Assembly: GCA_013265495.1 (NCBI GenBank)
Contig: MU058387.1
Coordinates: 806,001 to 870,000, forward strand
Source of the DNA: Vicugna vicugna
Lineage: Eukaryota
DNA: 64,000 nucleotides
Reading direction: 5' to 3'
A program made the translations under genes and the position numbers. This document shows positions 49,450-62,926 of the stretch, in pieces; the first letter of the stretch is position 1; the number at the start of each line of letters is the position of its first letter. The notes under the pieces were generated by a model. The model did no database searches. It was not told where the DNA came from and worked only from the letters and a program-made list of their open reading frames with translations.

Positions 49450-49917
49450 TGTTAAAGAAAACCAGAGTAAGACAGAAGTTAAAGCAGTGAAGATACATTT
49501 TACTGAAAATACAAAACTATTGCAATAGGAAAAAAGACCTCCAGAAAACTGAGTCCAATTCCTAATGCAGCATGGACTACTGGGAATTATAGCCAGGAGC
49601 AGCACTGGAGTGGGGGGCAGTGGGTGGACTATTACTAAGAGGAACCCTTGGCACTGAGGGGAGATTCTGGTTAAACTAACTCGACAGGATTCTTGTTGAA
49701 GGCAGGCCAGGATGATGTGATTCCAATGGCAGGGGACTGGATCCGATGTTGATGGTGGTCTGGTATCAAGGAAGGGGATTCTTGATAAACTGATTTATCA
49801 GTATTCTTGCTCAAACTGGGTTCTACAAGGAAGGACATGGAAGCCAAAGCTGCGGACTAGTCAGAGAAAGAGCTCAGAGTTACCTGATCAAAGTGTGGCC
49901 AAGGAGAGTCTTTGTCA
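49450..49917 (-). mobile_element. MER31/MER67-like ERV1 solo LTR inserted in a MIR
   Basis: tgttaaagaaaaccagag...gccaaggagagtctttgtca. MIR sequence stops at ~49449 and resumes at 49918. Confidence 0.75.
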
Positions 49918-52353
49918 AATGATTTTCTCAAAGGTGATGAGTCAGAACCAGGAAGATAGATTCCACGTCTTCTGGCTCCAAATCCCAGCAAAGGTCACAG
50001 CTTCTATTTGTCAAGCACATAGGAGAAGGTGTGCTAAACAAGGTGAAGCCTACCCGCCATGCAAAATTGAGCCAAATCTGTGTCTATGTATTGGTACAAA
50101 AACTAGACAATTTACTGAGAGAAAGAAAGAAAGAGGAGAAGAGAGAGAGAGATAAAAGAGAGAAGGAGAATCTATACCAGACACCCTGTGGATGTGATGG
50201 ACAATTGTAATTTTCTGTTACTGAGCACCTGGAAATCTGAAGTCAGGAAGTGAGGTTGGTGGAACAAGTATGATAAACAGGCTAGTTCATCTAGCTTGCT
50301 GTGGACTTCTCTTCCATGGAACACTTCCTAGCAAATTTATAGAAGAGGCATATCCGTTCAGTGAGATTTTGGGCCACAGAGAATTTGGTGACCCTTTTCC
50401 CTGACCCTTCTCACCTCTCAGCTCACTGAGCATCCTTACAGATTTAACTGGTTTTGCTCCTGATCTATCAAGGGGATGCTAATCCAGACTGAGAGGGACA
50501 CATTAAGCCATATCCACTTCAGTGTGAACACTAGTTTTTAAACCCTTGTCTGAAAGCATAAGGACTCCGAATTCAAGGCGGCGAAGGAGGCATCAGAGAA
50601 CCCTGAAATTGCTCTTAAAATTTTGGGCGTTCCAGCCCATGGACACTGCATTCTTGTGGCATGTGACTTTGCAACTATGTTTTTGTGGAGCAGTCATTAA
50701 CTTCCTTGAGTCTTAATTTTCTCTGTTTCTGGGGGAAACTATAAATTGGCCAACTTCCCAACTTTTGTAAGGCTCAGGCCTGATGGCAAATATTTTGGAG
50801 GCTAAGGACTTACCTCGAATGTCTGCCACTTGGGAGGCTGTGACTGAAGGATAGCTATAATGAGTGATTGGTTGTATAAATAAGCCTGAGCAGGTTTCTA
50901 GTGGAAATTCCACTTGGAAGTTTTGAAGAGATTCCATAAGTCAGGACACCCATGAATGTACTTGACTTCAGTCAAACTGAGGTGGGGGTTGGCAGTGGGC
51001 ATGACTCTGAACCATCCCCTGACCCATCTTCCCAATTCTTCTACATCAGCTTGAAGGAAAGAACTGAACAAGTTCACTGCAAACCAGAATTTACAAAACA
51101 TTTTTTCTGTTAAAAAAGAAAAATATTTGTAATTCTTCTAAGCTCCCAACTAGCTTAGATCTCAAAGATACAGATAGAGGTGGGAGAATAAAACTTGAGT
51201 GGAGACTTCCTGGTTTTGCTCAGCTCAAGAGAAATAAGCAGTTCCCATAGGGTCAGAATGAATCTGTCATATAAATCCCTTTTCTCCAACATTTGGTAAA
51301 GATACAGAAGCCTGAAGTTTTTTATACATAGAGTCTACCATGTATGCACTGCAGTGGCTGAAGGCAGTTAATTCCCACACACACCCTAGTCTTTTCTTTC
51401 TTTCTTTCTTTCTTCCCAAACAAAAACTTCTTCACCAAAAGGTTAGGAGTATCATTTATCAGCTAGAGTCTTTTTTTTTTTTTAAGGAAATAATTCTGCT
51501 GAAACTAATCTTGCCATTTTAAGGTAGGTAGGTTAAGTAATGGTTAAGAAATTTCCCAGCTTCTATTAGTTATAGGGTGTCAAGTTAGGAATTCTTACAA
51601 AGAAAATCAAACTTTCTTCCTTCTGTGGGTCTTAAGAGTCTATTGTTTGTCGTGGCCCCACCACCCTGATGTAGAGTCGTTTCTTCTCCCCCTTGGGCTG
51701 TTAGGTCAGAACAGGAGGCATTTCCTGACGGGTGGGATAGATTTCCAGAACTCCCTGGTGTTACTAAATCTTCTCTGTTGGCTGGGGGAAATTACCCAGC
51801 ACCATTTGTAACATCAGACAGCAGTGTAAGGTGAGTCTAAATGTCAGGGCTGGGGAAACAGAATGATGAGGGATAAATGTGATTGCCTAAAGTAGGGCTG
51901 AAGACATTTCATTCATCTCTCATTTTATGGGCACTGGTTTCCCAGACAGAAAGCAGGAAGGCCCACAGAAGAGGTACTCGCTGGGCCACTTATGGGATAG
52001 AACCTTCCCATGTCAACCTAGTTGGGATGTCACGTGACCCTGCTCCTGCCCGCATCTGATGTTCATGCTGTTGCCTCAAAGACTTTATTAGAAGAAGGAG
52101 GCTGAGCATTCCTTAAATGCTGTGGAAAACACTCATGGTTTTTTAAACTTCTAGAAAGTTTGGGGGTTTTGGTGTTTTAAACAAATCAACCTTATGTTAG
52201 ATCATGGCAATTAAGACTAGTGTGGGAGCCTGGTGTTTTCTCCTATTTCTACTTTATTCAATCTGAACCCTGAGGCTTCAATGCCATAACTGCTATATCC
52301 AAGCCCATCTGTAGCTGAATAAACAATTTCCCATGAAGTCAAATTAGATGGGG

Positions 52354-52415
52354 AAAAAAAATGAAAAAAAAAGAAAAGAAAAAAAAAGAAAAGAAAAAGA
52401 AAAAATTAAAAAATG
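52354..52415. repeat. A-rich (GAAAA)n tract
   Basis: Poly-A interrupted by G. Confidence 0.85.
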
Positions 52416-53439
52416 AAATTTTTATCATTTCACATCCCTCATTGACTGGTTCTGAATAGTCAGTCTTAACCCTGGGTTGACAAGGGCAATTATTTGATTT
52501 GCATACCTACTGAGATGCTGTAGTGGACTTGGTGTTGCAGTAGAGTGTCCATGTCTAGTGTGGAAGTACACTGAATAGAAAACTACAGTGAAGTGTGATC
52601 ATGCCTGCAGCTGACAGATGAATACAGACGTGACAATGCAGCCATGGGGGTGTGTATACTCGACCAGAGGAATGAGGAAAAACCTTTCTTGAAGGAGGTG
52701 TTGTTGACGTTGATTCTTGAAAAAGTAAGAGTTTGCCATATGCATAATTCAGGGGAAGCTCTTCCTGGCAGAACAAACATTATTACAAATGGTACATACA
52801 AACCAAGCCTTCTGATAGATCGAATCTTTCATCTGAAATGCACTAACATGCTCAGTTACATAAAAGTAATAGAAAACTAGTTTGGGTTCTGTCCTAATTG
52901 AAGATACGTGAGTTCTTTCACACACTGCTTTTTCAAGTGCGTGCGTTACCTAATGATCACATTCTGTGCTGTGAGAATCGAGTAATGAGTCATTTAGAAT
53001 ATCACATGAGACTGTCTCATATGCCATGTTATACTAAGTATATATTCACTTTAATTTGCCCCTCTGAATACCTACAGTACACTAAAGAACTTTTATTCAT
53101 AAGAATTGTAGAATTCTGAAGTGATTTCCGATATGCCAGGAAAAATTTAAATTATGCCATGTGGTTTCAGTGAGTGGACTTTCAAATATATCATGCATCC
53201 TTCAAAAAAAAAGGTTTTAAGTTTCACTATAATTTATATCCTACTAAAAGGCAAAGACTATATCTCCCAAATTTGACTCTCTTCCTGTGCATTGTGTAGA
53301 GAAAGTGTTCCAAGTACACTTGTCAAATTGTAACTAATGTTGTAATTTTGTTTACTAGGATAGCTGATTAAACCACACAATTTCTAACTCTGCTGGGGAA
53401 TCTGGGATCATTTGTGACCATTAACTTTTTATAAACTTA

Positions 53440-53995
53440 ATGAAATTTTAACTTTCATTTTGAAATAATTTCGAAGTACTAAAAAGTGCTAAAAGTAGTA
53501 CAAGGAATTCCTATTTACCCTTTCTCCCATTTTCCAAAATGGTGACATCATTACATAACTGCAGTTATAATTGTTAGGAAATTGTTAGTTTCCTAGTTTA
53601 AAGGTAATAAATAATAATAATAATTAATTACTTAATGAAGTAATCAGTACACCTGCACAAATTTCATCAATTGCTAACCGATGTGATTTTTCTGGTCCAG
53701 GATTCAATTCATCATCGCACACTGCAACTCATCATCGTGTTTCTGTCATCTCTTCCAAATTGGCATGGTTCTTTGTCTTCCAGGACCTTATCCTTTGGAA
53801 GAGGACTGGACAGTTACTTTGTAGAATGCCCCCCCCACCCCTTTTGGGTGTGTCTGATGTTTCCTCACTATCAAATTCAGGTTTACATTTTCGGCAAGAG
53901 GACCACAGAGGCATAAGCTCTTCTCAGTGCATCACGTCAGGGAAGGCATGTTGTCGCTGTGTCACATTACTGGTCTTGTTAACTTTGATCACTGT
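53440..53995 (-). mobile_element. L1MC-like 3' fragment
   Basis: ttcattttgaaataattt...ttctggtccaggattcaat...cagttactttgtagaatgcc...ctcagtgcatcacgtcaggga. Confidence 0.7.
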
Positions 53996-56869
53996 GAAGT
54001 TTGACTGCAAGAGACCACGCTTGAGCTCAGTTTGCTTTATCGCAACTAGATCAGTTTCAGTCCACAAACGCACACCCAAATGTCACTTCCGGGGATGGCT
54101 GTTGTTGAGACAACAGTGCATGAATTCTAGTTGAAAGAAATCAGATTGTTATTATCTTTAGAATTCCATAATTGAGTGTCTGGATACACAGATCTAACGT
54201 TTTTGTGTAAGTTAAAGAAATCAACACATGCAAGTTTGGTTTCTCTCATCAGTTTCCTTCCCTCTCTTGCCACAATTGCCCAAAACCCGCCGAGGTAACA
54301 GGACTCCACTATGCTATTCACTTTTCTTTTCTTTCTAGGAATGGAGATGCATGGGTCATATTTTCCCCCAAAAAACTTTAATATAGACCTGCAATTCTTC
54401 CATTTTCAGCTTCCTAGTATAAATCAACTAAATAGCCTTCTTTTTTTTTAAGGAAATGACCTCTTGCTGACCTTAAGATTTCTTTTAATGTTAAAGGATA
54501 TTATAAGGTTGGTATATAAAGATAGAAAAGAAGACCACAGCCTAATTCATAGTGACAGTAAAACAGGAGAGATAAAAACAAAGAAAAGGACCAAAGCTGT
54601 AGGAAAAATTATCAGGAAAGTTTAAGTGCATATGCCTCTGAGTGGGAAAGACCACTGAAACAAGACTCACCCCTCTCCAAGCCAGGAATTCATTTGGAAA
54701 TAGAAAGATAGACCAAGGTCATGCAAAGGGCAAAGAGCCTCATATGGAAGCACATGTGAAATTAAATGGCCCAGGTCCATCATTATATAATTGCTGTGCT
54801 ATGAAGGGGCCAACAAGTTGACATTCTGCTTATGTGACCCGAAATAGTTGACAAGATCATTTTAGTAGGACTACATGACCACTCTAGCCACCTTGTCATT
54901 GAAAGCAAAGAATGCTGTTGCTATGGCACAATCCAAGTACTTTCTATCAAGTTAGAAAGTATAAAAATAAACGTGTACTCTTTACTTGTGATTCAATAAT
55001 GTTCCTAGAATCAATCAGGGTTTATCCCTGAAAAAAAACATAATAAGTTATGTGATTCGGAGCATTAAAGATGGATATCTGTATAGTTTTCCCATTTGGG
55101 AAGAGCCTCTTGTGAACTTGGAGGGGAGAAACCTCTTTTTTAGCGACTCCGGGACTCAGGCGATTTGGCTGGAAATCTCTACCGCACCACCGTCACATAA
55201 AAACAAGCTGGTCCCTTGTTCCCAGGGTCTGGACAAGGGTGGAGAAGCAGCTGAAATCCTTGCATCCCCAACGCATGCAGTTACCTGAGTGACGGAACAA
55301 AAGAGACAGAGTCCAAAATGCACCGTCTACAGGTCCTGGCTGTTTTCAGTGTTCTCTTTTAAGCTCATCCAGTCTCCACATTTTCTGTCAATATCAGCAG
55401 TGAAATGTTCATTTCGCAAACTGCATTCACAACTACTCTCTATTCCATCTTTCTTGACAACACCATTCAGTTATTAACCTGACTTTTTGGAAACGATGCC
55501 ACAGAATTAAATTCATGAGCTGTTTTCCCTGCTGCATTTTCTAAGAAGTTTTTAAATAACAAAACATCCTCTGTAGTAATTTAATACTTTCAAAAAGGAG
55601 TACATTTTTTTTTTAGCTACTTCATGATTAACTATCGAAATGTGTAAGCATAGGAATGCAGCAGGTCAGCAAAAACCCAACACCTTCTAAATCTGACTTC
55701 CATTTGAAAGACTAGAGACCGTTTAACTCTCATTACAACTGCTCGTTGCTTAAAAGATCGTACTGAACACTGAAAAGAAGTCAACAGATCTGATGAAAGG
55801 AATTTCTGTGTCTGGCTGCTTGGATTTTCTCTGTGTAAAGTGTGCCTTTTTACTTAAATTAGGCAAATGGCAAGGTTTCCTGCCTAATGGGACTGCTTGG
55901 CCTCGTGGTTTGGAAGTGTCACCTCCATTCTTTATCAGATAATCATAATTAGGGCGAATGAGCCAACCAGGGAAGTGGAAGAGCAAGCCAAAAAAGTGTT
56001 CTGAATGGAAACAAAAAGGACCTCCAGCGAGCAGACCACCAACCAGGGCACAACCAGGAAGAGACATCTACGGTGGGAACACACAGCCGGGGAAAACTGC
56101 CCGACACCAACTACGCGACTGCTGAATTACTGTCCACAGTCAGCTTGAATTCTGACCGTCCAGACTGCCTAACCAGTCCTGTTTCAACTACACCTGCTTT
56201 CTCAATACAATGCCCCCAAACTCACATGTTTATGTCTCTTTCACTGTCCCTCAAAAGAACCCAAGATCGATTTAAATTGCATTTGTCCTTCTGTTTGCTT
56301 GTTGCCTTTCTGCTCTAACTTGAGAAGTCTTTCAACAGTATTGGAATTTCTCTGCCTTTGCACACAAGAAGTCCTCTGAATCCCTAAATGTACCTCTTCG
56401 GATGCCCTGCAGAATCCATATCAGATAGAAATAACTGCACTAAATCTCCTTTAAATTTCTCTTTTTACAAAGTTTCAATATGTTGTAAATGTCTTTTTCT
56501 TTAAGGTCGATTCTTAAGGGAAATTTCTAGGCCACGTCAGACCAAGACCTGAACTGTGATAGTACAGGGGTAGACAAGTTCAAGGTCAGGTTATTTTTAA
56601 AAATGGTGGACAGACAGAGGGGAGAGAACTATGCAACTATTTGAAGGAGGTATAAAATTAACTTTGGGGGGACCTAGTGGGTCAAGAAAATGGACAGGAG
56701 CAAACAGAGTCCAGACCAGTGAGTAGCAGATATTGAAATGGTAACATATATATATTACCAAACTCATCTTCCAGGAATTATGATTTCTGATGGGGCACGA
56801 AGATCTGCATGCTTTAAAGAACCCAGAGTGATTCTGATTCACATTGCCGTCACTGAGAATGCCTTTGAG

Positions 56870-57440
56870 GAACACAGTGCTGTTTTTGATGGAAGTCTTT
56901 TTGTGGCAAGGGACATAACTCATCCCAAATTTATTTAAGCAAAAGCAACAGTGATGATTGAAGTGGTCAGAATGTTACAGGGCAGTTCTTTAAGGCTGGG
57001 CTGTAGCTGGACCTTGATTTTGAAAGGGAGTCATCTGGAGACTTTTTCTGTCTTCCGGCTCTGTTTTTCTACTTGTTGGCTTCATCCTTATGGAGGCTTT
57101 GACTAGGAATGGTGGTAACAAATCTGGCTTAAAATCTACTAGTTTAGTGAGCCCATTAGAAGATAACTACTACTTTCAATTAGTTCAACAAATTTTCCGT
57201 GATTTAACTGTATTGAATTAATTTATATGATTAATTAAACTAATTTATGAAATTAATTTGGTCCTCTAAAACAAGAGCAGTGGACAGGAAGATGGAACAT
57301 ACTAATTAATGACCTTTGAATATAGTTCAAATCAACATTTCTTAATTATCTGCCCATGAGATACGGAACATACTAATTAATGACCTTTGAGTGACATATT
57401 TCCCCCTGGATCATGAGATGGTATCTTCACACACAAATCA
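56870..57440 (-). mobile_element. MLT1-like (MaLR) LTR remnant
   Basis: ttgtggcaagggaca.aactca...ttaagcaaaag and ttggcttcatcctta motifs. Confidence 0.45.
57294..57390. repeat. 26-bp perfect direct repeat enclosing a copied segment
   Basis: GGAACATACTAATTAATGACCTTTGA at 57294-57319 and 57365-57390. Segment 57317-57364 is identical to 58416-58463. Confidence 0.97.
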
Positions 57441-59461
57441 GCATATGAAATATGAGACAACCTTTAAACACAGAAGAATAAGTCTAAAATATAAAGTGAA
57501 AAAAAAAGTAGTCAGTGGATACAGCAAAAACTGTGATGGCAATTCATGAATGACAGAAATTTTGGTAATTTACCATGCATATACTCAGGGAGAAATAAGT
57601 GGGAAATACCCCCATTGCCAGGAAGAAAGATACACATTAATCAATTAAAGTCACAATTAGACCTCCAGAAATGACAGAATAAAAGGTTATAATACATTAG
57701 AAGGAGAGAACTAATGTAGTCCTTATTAAATACATATACATGAAGAGACATATGAAAAGGGAGAATTTGACCAGAGTTTGAGCCAAGGCTTAAAAGAGGT
57801 GGTAGAAACTTTTGCCTCATTGTTCACAGTGCTGGTGTCAGGTTCCCTTTCTACCAGAATGGGCTTAAAGAGGATGAAGTGATTTTTACATTGAGTTCCA
57901 CCTGGTTTTCTTGCTCATTGTCAATCTCAAACCCCAAATGTTATGTTCAACGTGTTAACACTGCCTTTGTCAGTTTGGTAAGTTAGTTCTTAGCAGCGGA
58001 TGATCATTGCTTTGTATTTCAAAACTTCACATGACACCCAAACTCTGTGTGTTAATTGTAAAACTCAGCTGAAAATATTTGATTTTTCTCTCTATAGAAG
58101 GAAAAATAGATGTATAATAAATAGGAACTTATCGATATCCCCAAAGGAGTTGGTGAATCTGATAGTTTATTTTTGCAAATGTGATATTTGGTCATTTCTT
58201 ATGGTTTGTTCTTAATGAAACTCTTAATTTCATATCATTTTCTTTGTTACAAAGCTGGAATCAACATGGGGAGGACTGAAAAATAGGATATTTTAGAAGG
58301 AAATGAAATCACTCATTTCTAGAAAAAAAATTGAAAAATATTAGTCCTCAATACCAGAAAGCACACCACGTTAGACTTGTGAGGATTTGAGTTGAGAACA
58401 TTACATTGGCATATCTGAATATAGTTCAAATCAACATTTCTTAATTATCTGCCCATGAGATACAGGGATCAACAAAATGGAAAATGCCATGGATAAGGAG
58501 TTTGCCTAAAATGTCTATACCTCCACCGTTCCACCCCAGTTTAGATCTATGGAAATAAATTAGTAAATATAATTTATAAATTATAATGCTTAATAAATTT
58601 TCTGGATGAGATAATGTATATTCCTTTGAATGAAAGTCATCTGAAATTTCAAAGTGAGCTTAAAAATAAATATCTCAAAAGTTTTGATGAAAAGCTAGCT
58701 GCCTTTTGAAAGTTAAAGCTTATGTTTTGTAAGCACAAAATTAAATGCAGGAGATTTTAAACATTTTTAGAGTTTATGTCAAGGACATAAAAATATGTGA
58801 GAGATGTATTACACGGAGACTACAGCACCCTTTTTTGGGGTTGGTTGGTCTTTTTCTTTCTTTCTCTGGCCATAACTAAATCCATCAAAATGTATCCTAG
58901 ATCATTAAATTTTATTGAACTTCCTAGATTGCAGAGTACTTCTGATTTTCAAACATATTAACTTCATATATAAGTATTACAAGGTCAAAACTGATACTTC
59001 TTAAAGAAAAACATTCTAATTTTATCTATTCATTTAATGCTCATTAAAGCCATCCTGAATGATTTATTGAATATTTTAGAAAGATAAATGCCACTTTTCA
59101 CATGGGTCTCTTAGAAGATGCTAGAATCATGTTGTATATCTCTGATAATTTTTATATTCAAAAATTGCTTATAATTTCAGTACTTAGAAGACTTTTTTGT
59201 AATTAAGTATATATATATTCTATCAGTATTCTCAGATTCTGGAGTCTATAAATTAATATTTTCAAAAATTGGCATAAAGCATTTGGAAAAACTTAAGGTA
59301 CTGATGATAAAATTTTGAGTGAAATATGGAATTAACTTCTAATAATGTTATTTGCTTAAAATGTGTTATTTAAAAACAGTATCCTGCAGCATTTTAAAAA
59401 CATTTTTTGCACAGCACCGTTTTCTATAAAATGGTTTATGATAAAAGGATTTAGTGATTGG

Positions 59462-60178
59462 CACAGAGACTATGGAGAACAGTATGAAGGTTCCTTAAAA
59501 AACTAAAAATAGACTTGTCATATGATCTAGCAATCCTGAGCATATATTTGGAAAAGACAAATATAACTCAAAAAGACGCATGGACCCCAATATTCATAGC
59601 CATACTATTTACAATACCCATGACATGGAAGCAGTCCAAATGTCCATGGACAGATGATGGATAAAGAAGATGTGGTATATATATATATATGGAATATTAC
59701 TCAGCTATAAAAAAGATGAAATAATGACATTTGCAGTGACATGGATGGACCTAGAGATTATCATACTAAGTGAAATAAGTCAGACAGGGAAAGACAAATA
59801 TATGATATCACTTATATGTGGAATCTAAAAGAAATGAGACAAAGGAACTTATTTACAAAACAGAGATAGACTCACAGACATAGAAAACAAACTTAGGGTT
59901 ACCAAAGGGGAAACAGAATGGGGACAAATTAGAAGTCTGAGATTAACATATATACACTACTATATATAAAACATAGATAAACAACAAGGATCTACTGTAT
60001 AGCACAGTGAATTATATTCAATATCTTGTAATAAAATATAACAAAAATCTGAAAAAGAATATATATACTATATATATATAGTATGTGTAACTAAATCACT
60101 TTGTTATATACCTGAAACCAACACAACATTGTAAATCAACTATACTTCAATTAAAAAGAAGTTAAAAATGAAACAAAA
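59462..60178 (+). mobile_element. L1 3' end (ORF2 C-terminal relic, 3'UTR and A tail)
   Basis: ctatggagaacagtatgaaggttccttaaaaaactaaaa (LWRTV*RFLKKLK), through tgtaaatcaactatacttcaattaaaa. Degenerate TSD aaaaggatttagtg / aaaaagatctaatg. Confidence 0.93.
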
Positions 60179-61983
60179 AAGATCTAATGCTCCAAAAAGT
60201 TTGAGATATGTGTTCTGGTAAATCAAAATACATATGGGCATATTAAGGTCTATAAGGCAATAGAATGATTCTAACTTGTCTTCAGGTTGAACTTATATTT
60301 TATGAATTTTTTATTAGACATGTGTACAGCTCTTAGAACTGATATTTAATAGAATCATAGAGGGAGGCCAGAGGATATGTATTTAAGAGGACACTCTGGG
60401 ATCAAAACATTTAGACTGAAATCTTACCACTTAATTCTTCAGCTTGGAGTTTCTCTAGCTATAAAATGGAGATGTTGAAATAATAGAATCTGTCTCATAA
60501 AGTTATCATGTCATGTTAATTAATATATGTAAATGCTTAGAAAAGTGCACAGCAGAGTGGGCACTTGCAAAATGCTAACAATTATCATAATTTGGTAAGC
60601 TATTTTGGGACTTTGAAGTAACACACAATTGATTCATATATTCTCATTCCATTTCTTATTATATGTGTATTTATATTTGTATGAAAGTATATGTGGGTGT
60701 ACATGCATGAATTCATGTGGAAACATGTACATCTGTCTATTCTAATATCTTCTAATAAGTCACACTTCTCAACATGTTACAAAATATTTCCGAGGAAAAA
60801 TGATTACTTAGAATCAGTTTCATCCCTGGGTTTAACATATTTAGTTTGCTGGAGAGTTGTTCATTTACATTTTCTTAAAATATAAACAGAATTGTGTCCT
60901 TCTGTCTAGGAAAAGTGTGTCTAGACAGCCAGTAATGAATTAGGGATAGCATTTTCCAAGGACTGACCCAACTTTGGCTCAGCATGCTCATTTCTAGTCG
61001 ACTACCCGGAACTCCTTAAATCTTTTGATTTTGAAAGTAAAATGTCTGATCAGACACTTGGCTTTGGACTAGGTCACACATTTCTAAGCGTATTTCCTAT
61101 TTACAGTGCCTAGTTGCTTGATATATATGGTTTGTTCATATTTCATTATCTAAGTTAGACACTGTAACACTTTCATTAAAATCTATACACTTAGAGTATG
61201 ATTGAAAGAAAAATTCTACATTGCACGTGTACAGCTATAATTGTTCTCATATTCTTGTAGAATGATCATCATGGAAAAGAACTCTGAAGCAAAAATGTAA
61301 ACTCACTTATGCTCTATTTTAATGAAAATGATTTTTACTTTTTAAAATAATACATCATCAGTCTAAATGCATATTGCCAGAAAGAGAAGAATTTACTGGC
61401 TTACATAATTATATTATTCAAGCTGTGAAATTTGCTTTAGCTACCTCTTCATGCAAAGCCTTAAATCAGTGGATCTCGGTGGGAGAGGTACCACCCTCTA
61501 GGGTACATTCTGTTAATTTATTGGGCTTATTTTTAGTTATCACAACATTTGGGGGTGGTGAAACTTGAGTGTGGTGAGTGGGGCCCGGAAGGCTAGACAT
61601 TCTGCTAGGATTAAGATTGTTCTGCAGAAATGCATAGTTCATATTTTGCAGAGCTCTTAAATATTCTTCCTGTAGCCAAAATGCATGTTTATCCCTAAAC
61701 CATAGATTGAAACTCCAATTTAAATATAAATTCAAATGGGTTTTTGGGACACTTTAAAGCAAATTGAATAACCAAGAAATGCAAATATCATATAAATCAT
61801 ATTTAAATTGAAGAAAAGTTGCTCTGTTTTAAACTTTATCAAGAATTGTACGTTGTTTTGAATCTTCTATTATGTGTGGCCACACTTTTCATGGAATTTG
61901 AATCTGGATCTCAATTTGTAGATTTTGCATGCACATTATTTACAGGGCATATACGAGACTCTTTTTCATAGGCAGATGAAAAA

Positions 61984-62030
61984 ATTTTTTTATTGAGTTA
62001 TAGTCAGTTTACAGTGTTGTGTCAATTTCT
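61984..62030 (-). mobile_element. Very short L1 3' tip
   Basis: ttttttttattgagttatagtcagtttacagtgttgtgtcaatttct. Confidence 0.7.
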
Positions 62031-62419
62031 GAAATTTTTAAAATTCATGGAGACATGAAATGTTGGCATCTCATTAAATTTTATCAGTAACCTTTGTCTA
62101 AAAATCAGTCATGTTCTTGACTTTCCAGTTTTGGTATTCCTACAGCACAATGAAAAATCTAATTGTGAGAAGCCATATTGAAATTAATTTTTATTTTTGT
62201 ATTTTCTGTACTGAAAACTTGTTTCCATGATGTTCCTAGAGATTTGAATCACCATTTCTCTGTAGACTTTTATTGCTCTCTTTATATTGATCAACATGAT
62301 CTCCCAGGCCTTCGTTACATAATAGAAAAAAGTATATGCTTCAACATATGGTAAGATCTTAAAACAGGAGATACAGTGTGTGATTCTTTGATTCTGTCCT
62401 ATCGCAGATCATTATATTA

Positions 62420-62604
62420 TAGCATGGAAGTCAAGTGTGTAGACACTGGGATCAGAAAGCCTAGTTTCAAATCCTGGGTCTGTTGCTCACTAGCTCTGGA
62501 TTCTTGGGTAAGTTACTTAAACCCTCTGTGTCTCAGTTTCCTCTGCAAAATAATGATTCTAGTCTCACAGGGTAATTCACATGAAGAGTGAATGAGGTAA
62601 TACA
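62420..62604 (+). mobile_element. MIR SINE
   Basis: gggtaagttacttaaaccctctgtgtctcagtttcctctgcaaaat. Confidence 0.8.
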
Positions 62605-62926
62605 TTTATGAACTCATCTACAACAGAAATAGACTGCCAGACATAGTAAACAATCTTATGATTACTAGGGAAAGGGGGTGGGAAGGGCTAAATTTGGGAG
62701 CTTGAGATTTGCAAATGATAACCACTATAAGTAAAAACAGATAAAAAACAAATTTCTTTTGTACAGCACAGGGAACACTATTCAATATCTTGTAATAACC
62801 TTTAATGAAAAAGAAAATGAAACAAATGTATTTATGTATATGTATGCCTGGGACGTTATGCTGCACATCCAAAATCGACACATTGTAACTGGCTGTACTT
62901 CGATGTTTAAAAAATGGGAAAAAAAG
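62605..62926 (+). mobile_element. L1 3' end (camelid-type subfamily)
   Basis: gaactcatctacaacagaaatagact...catagtaaacaatcttatg...acattgtaactggctgtacttc plus A-rich tail. Confidence 0.9.
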
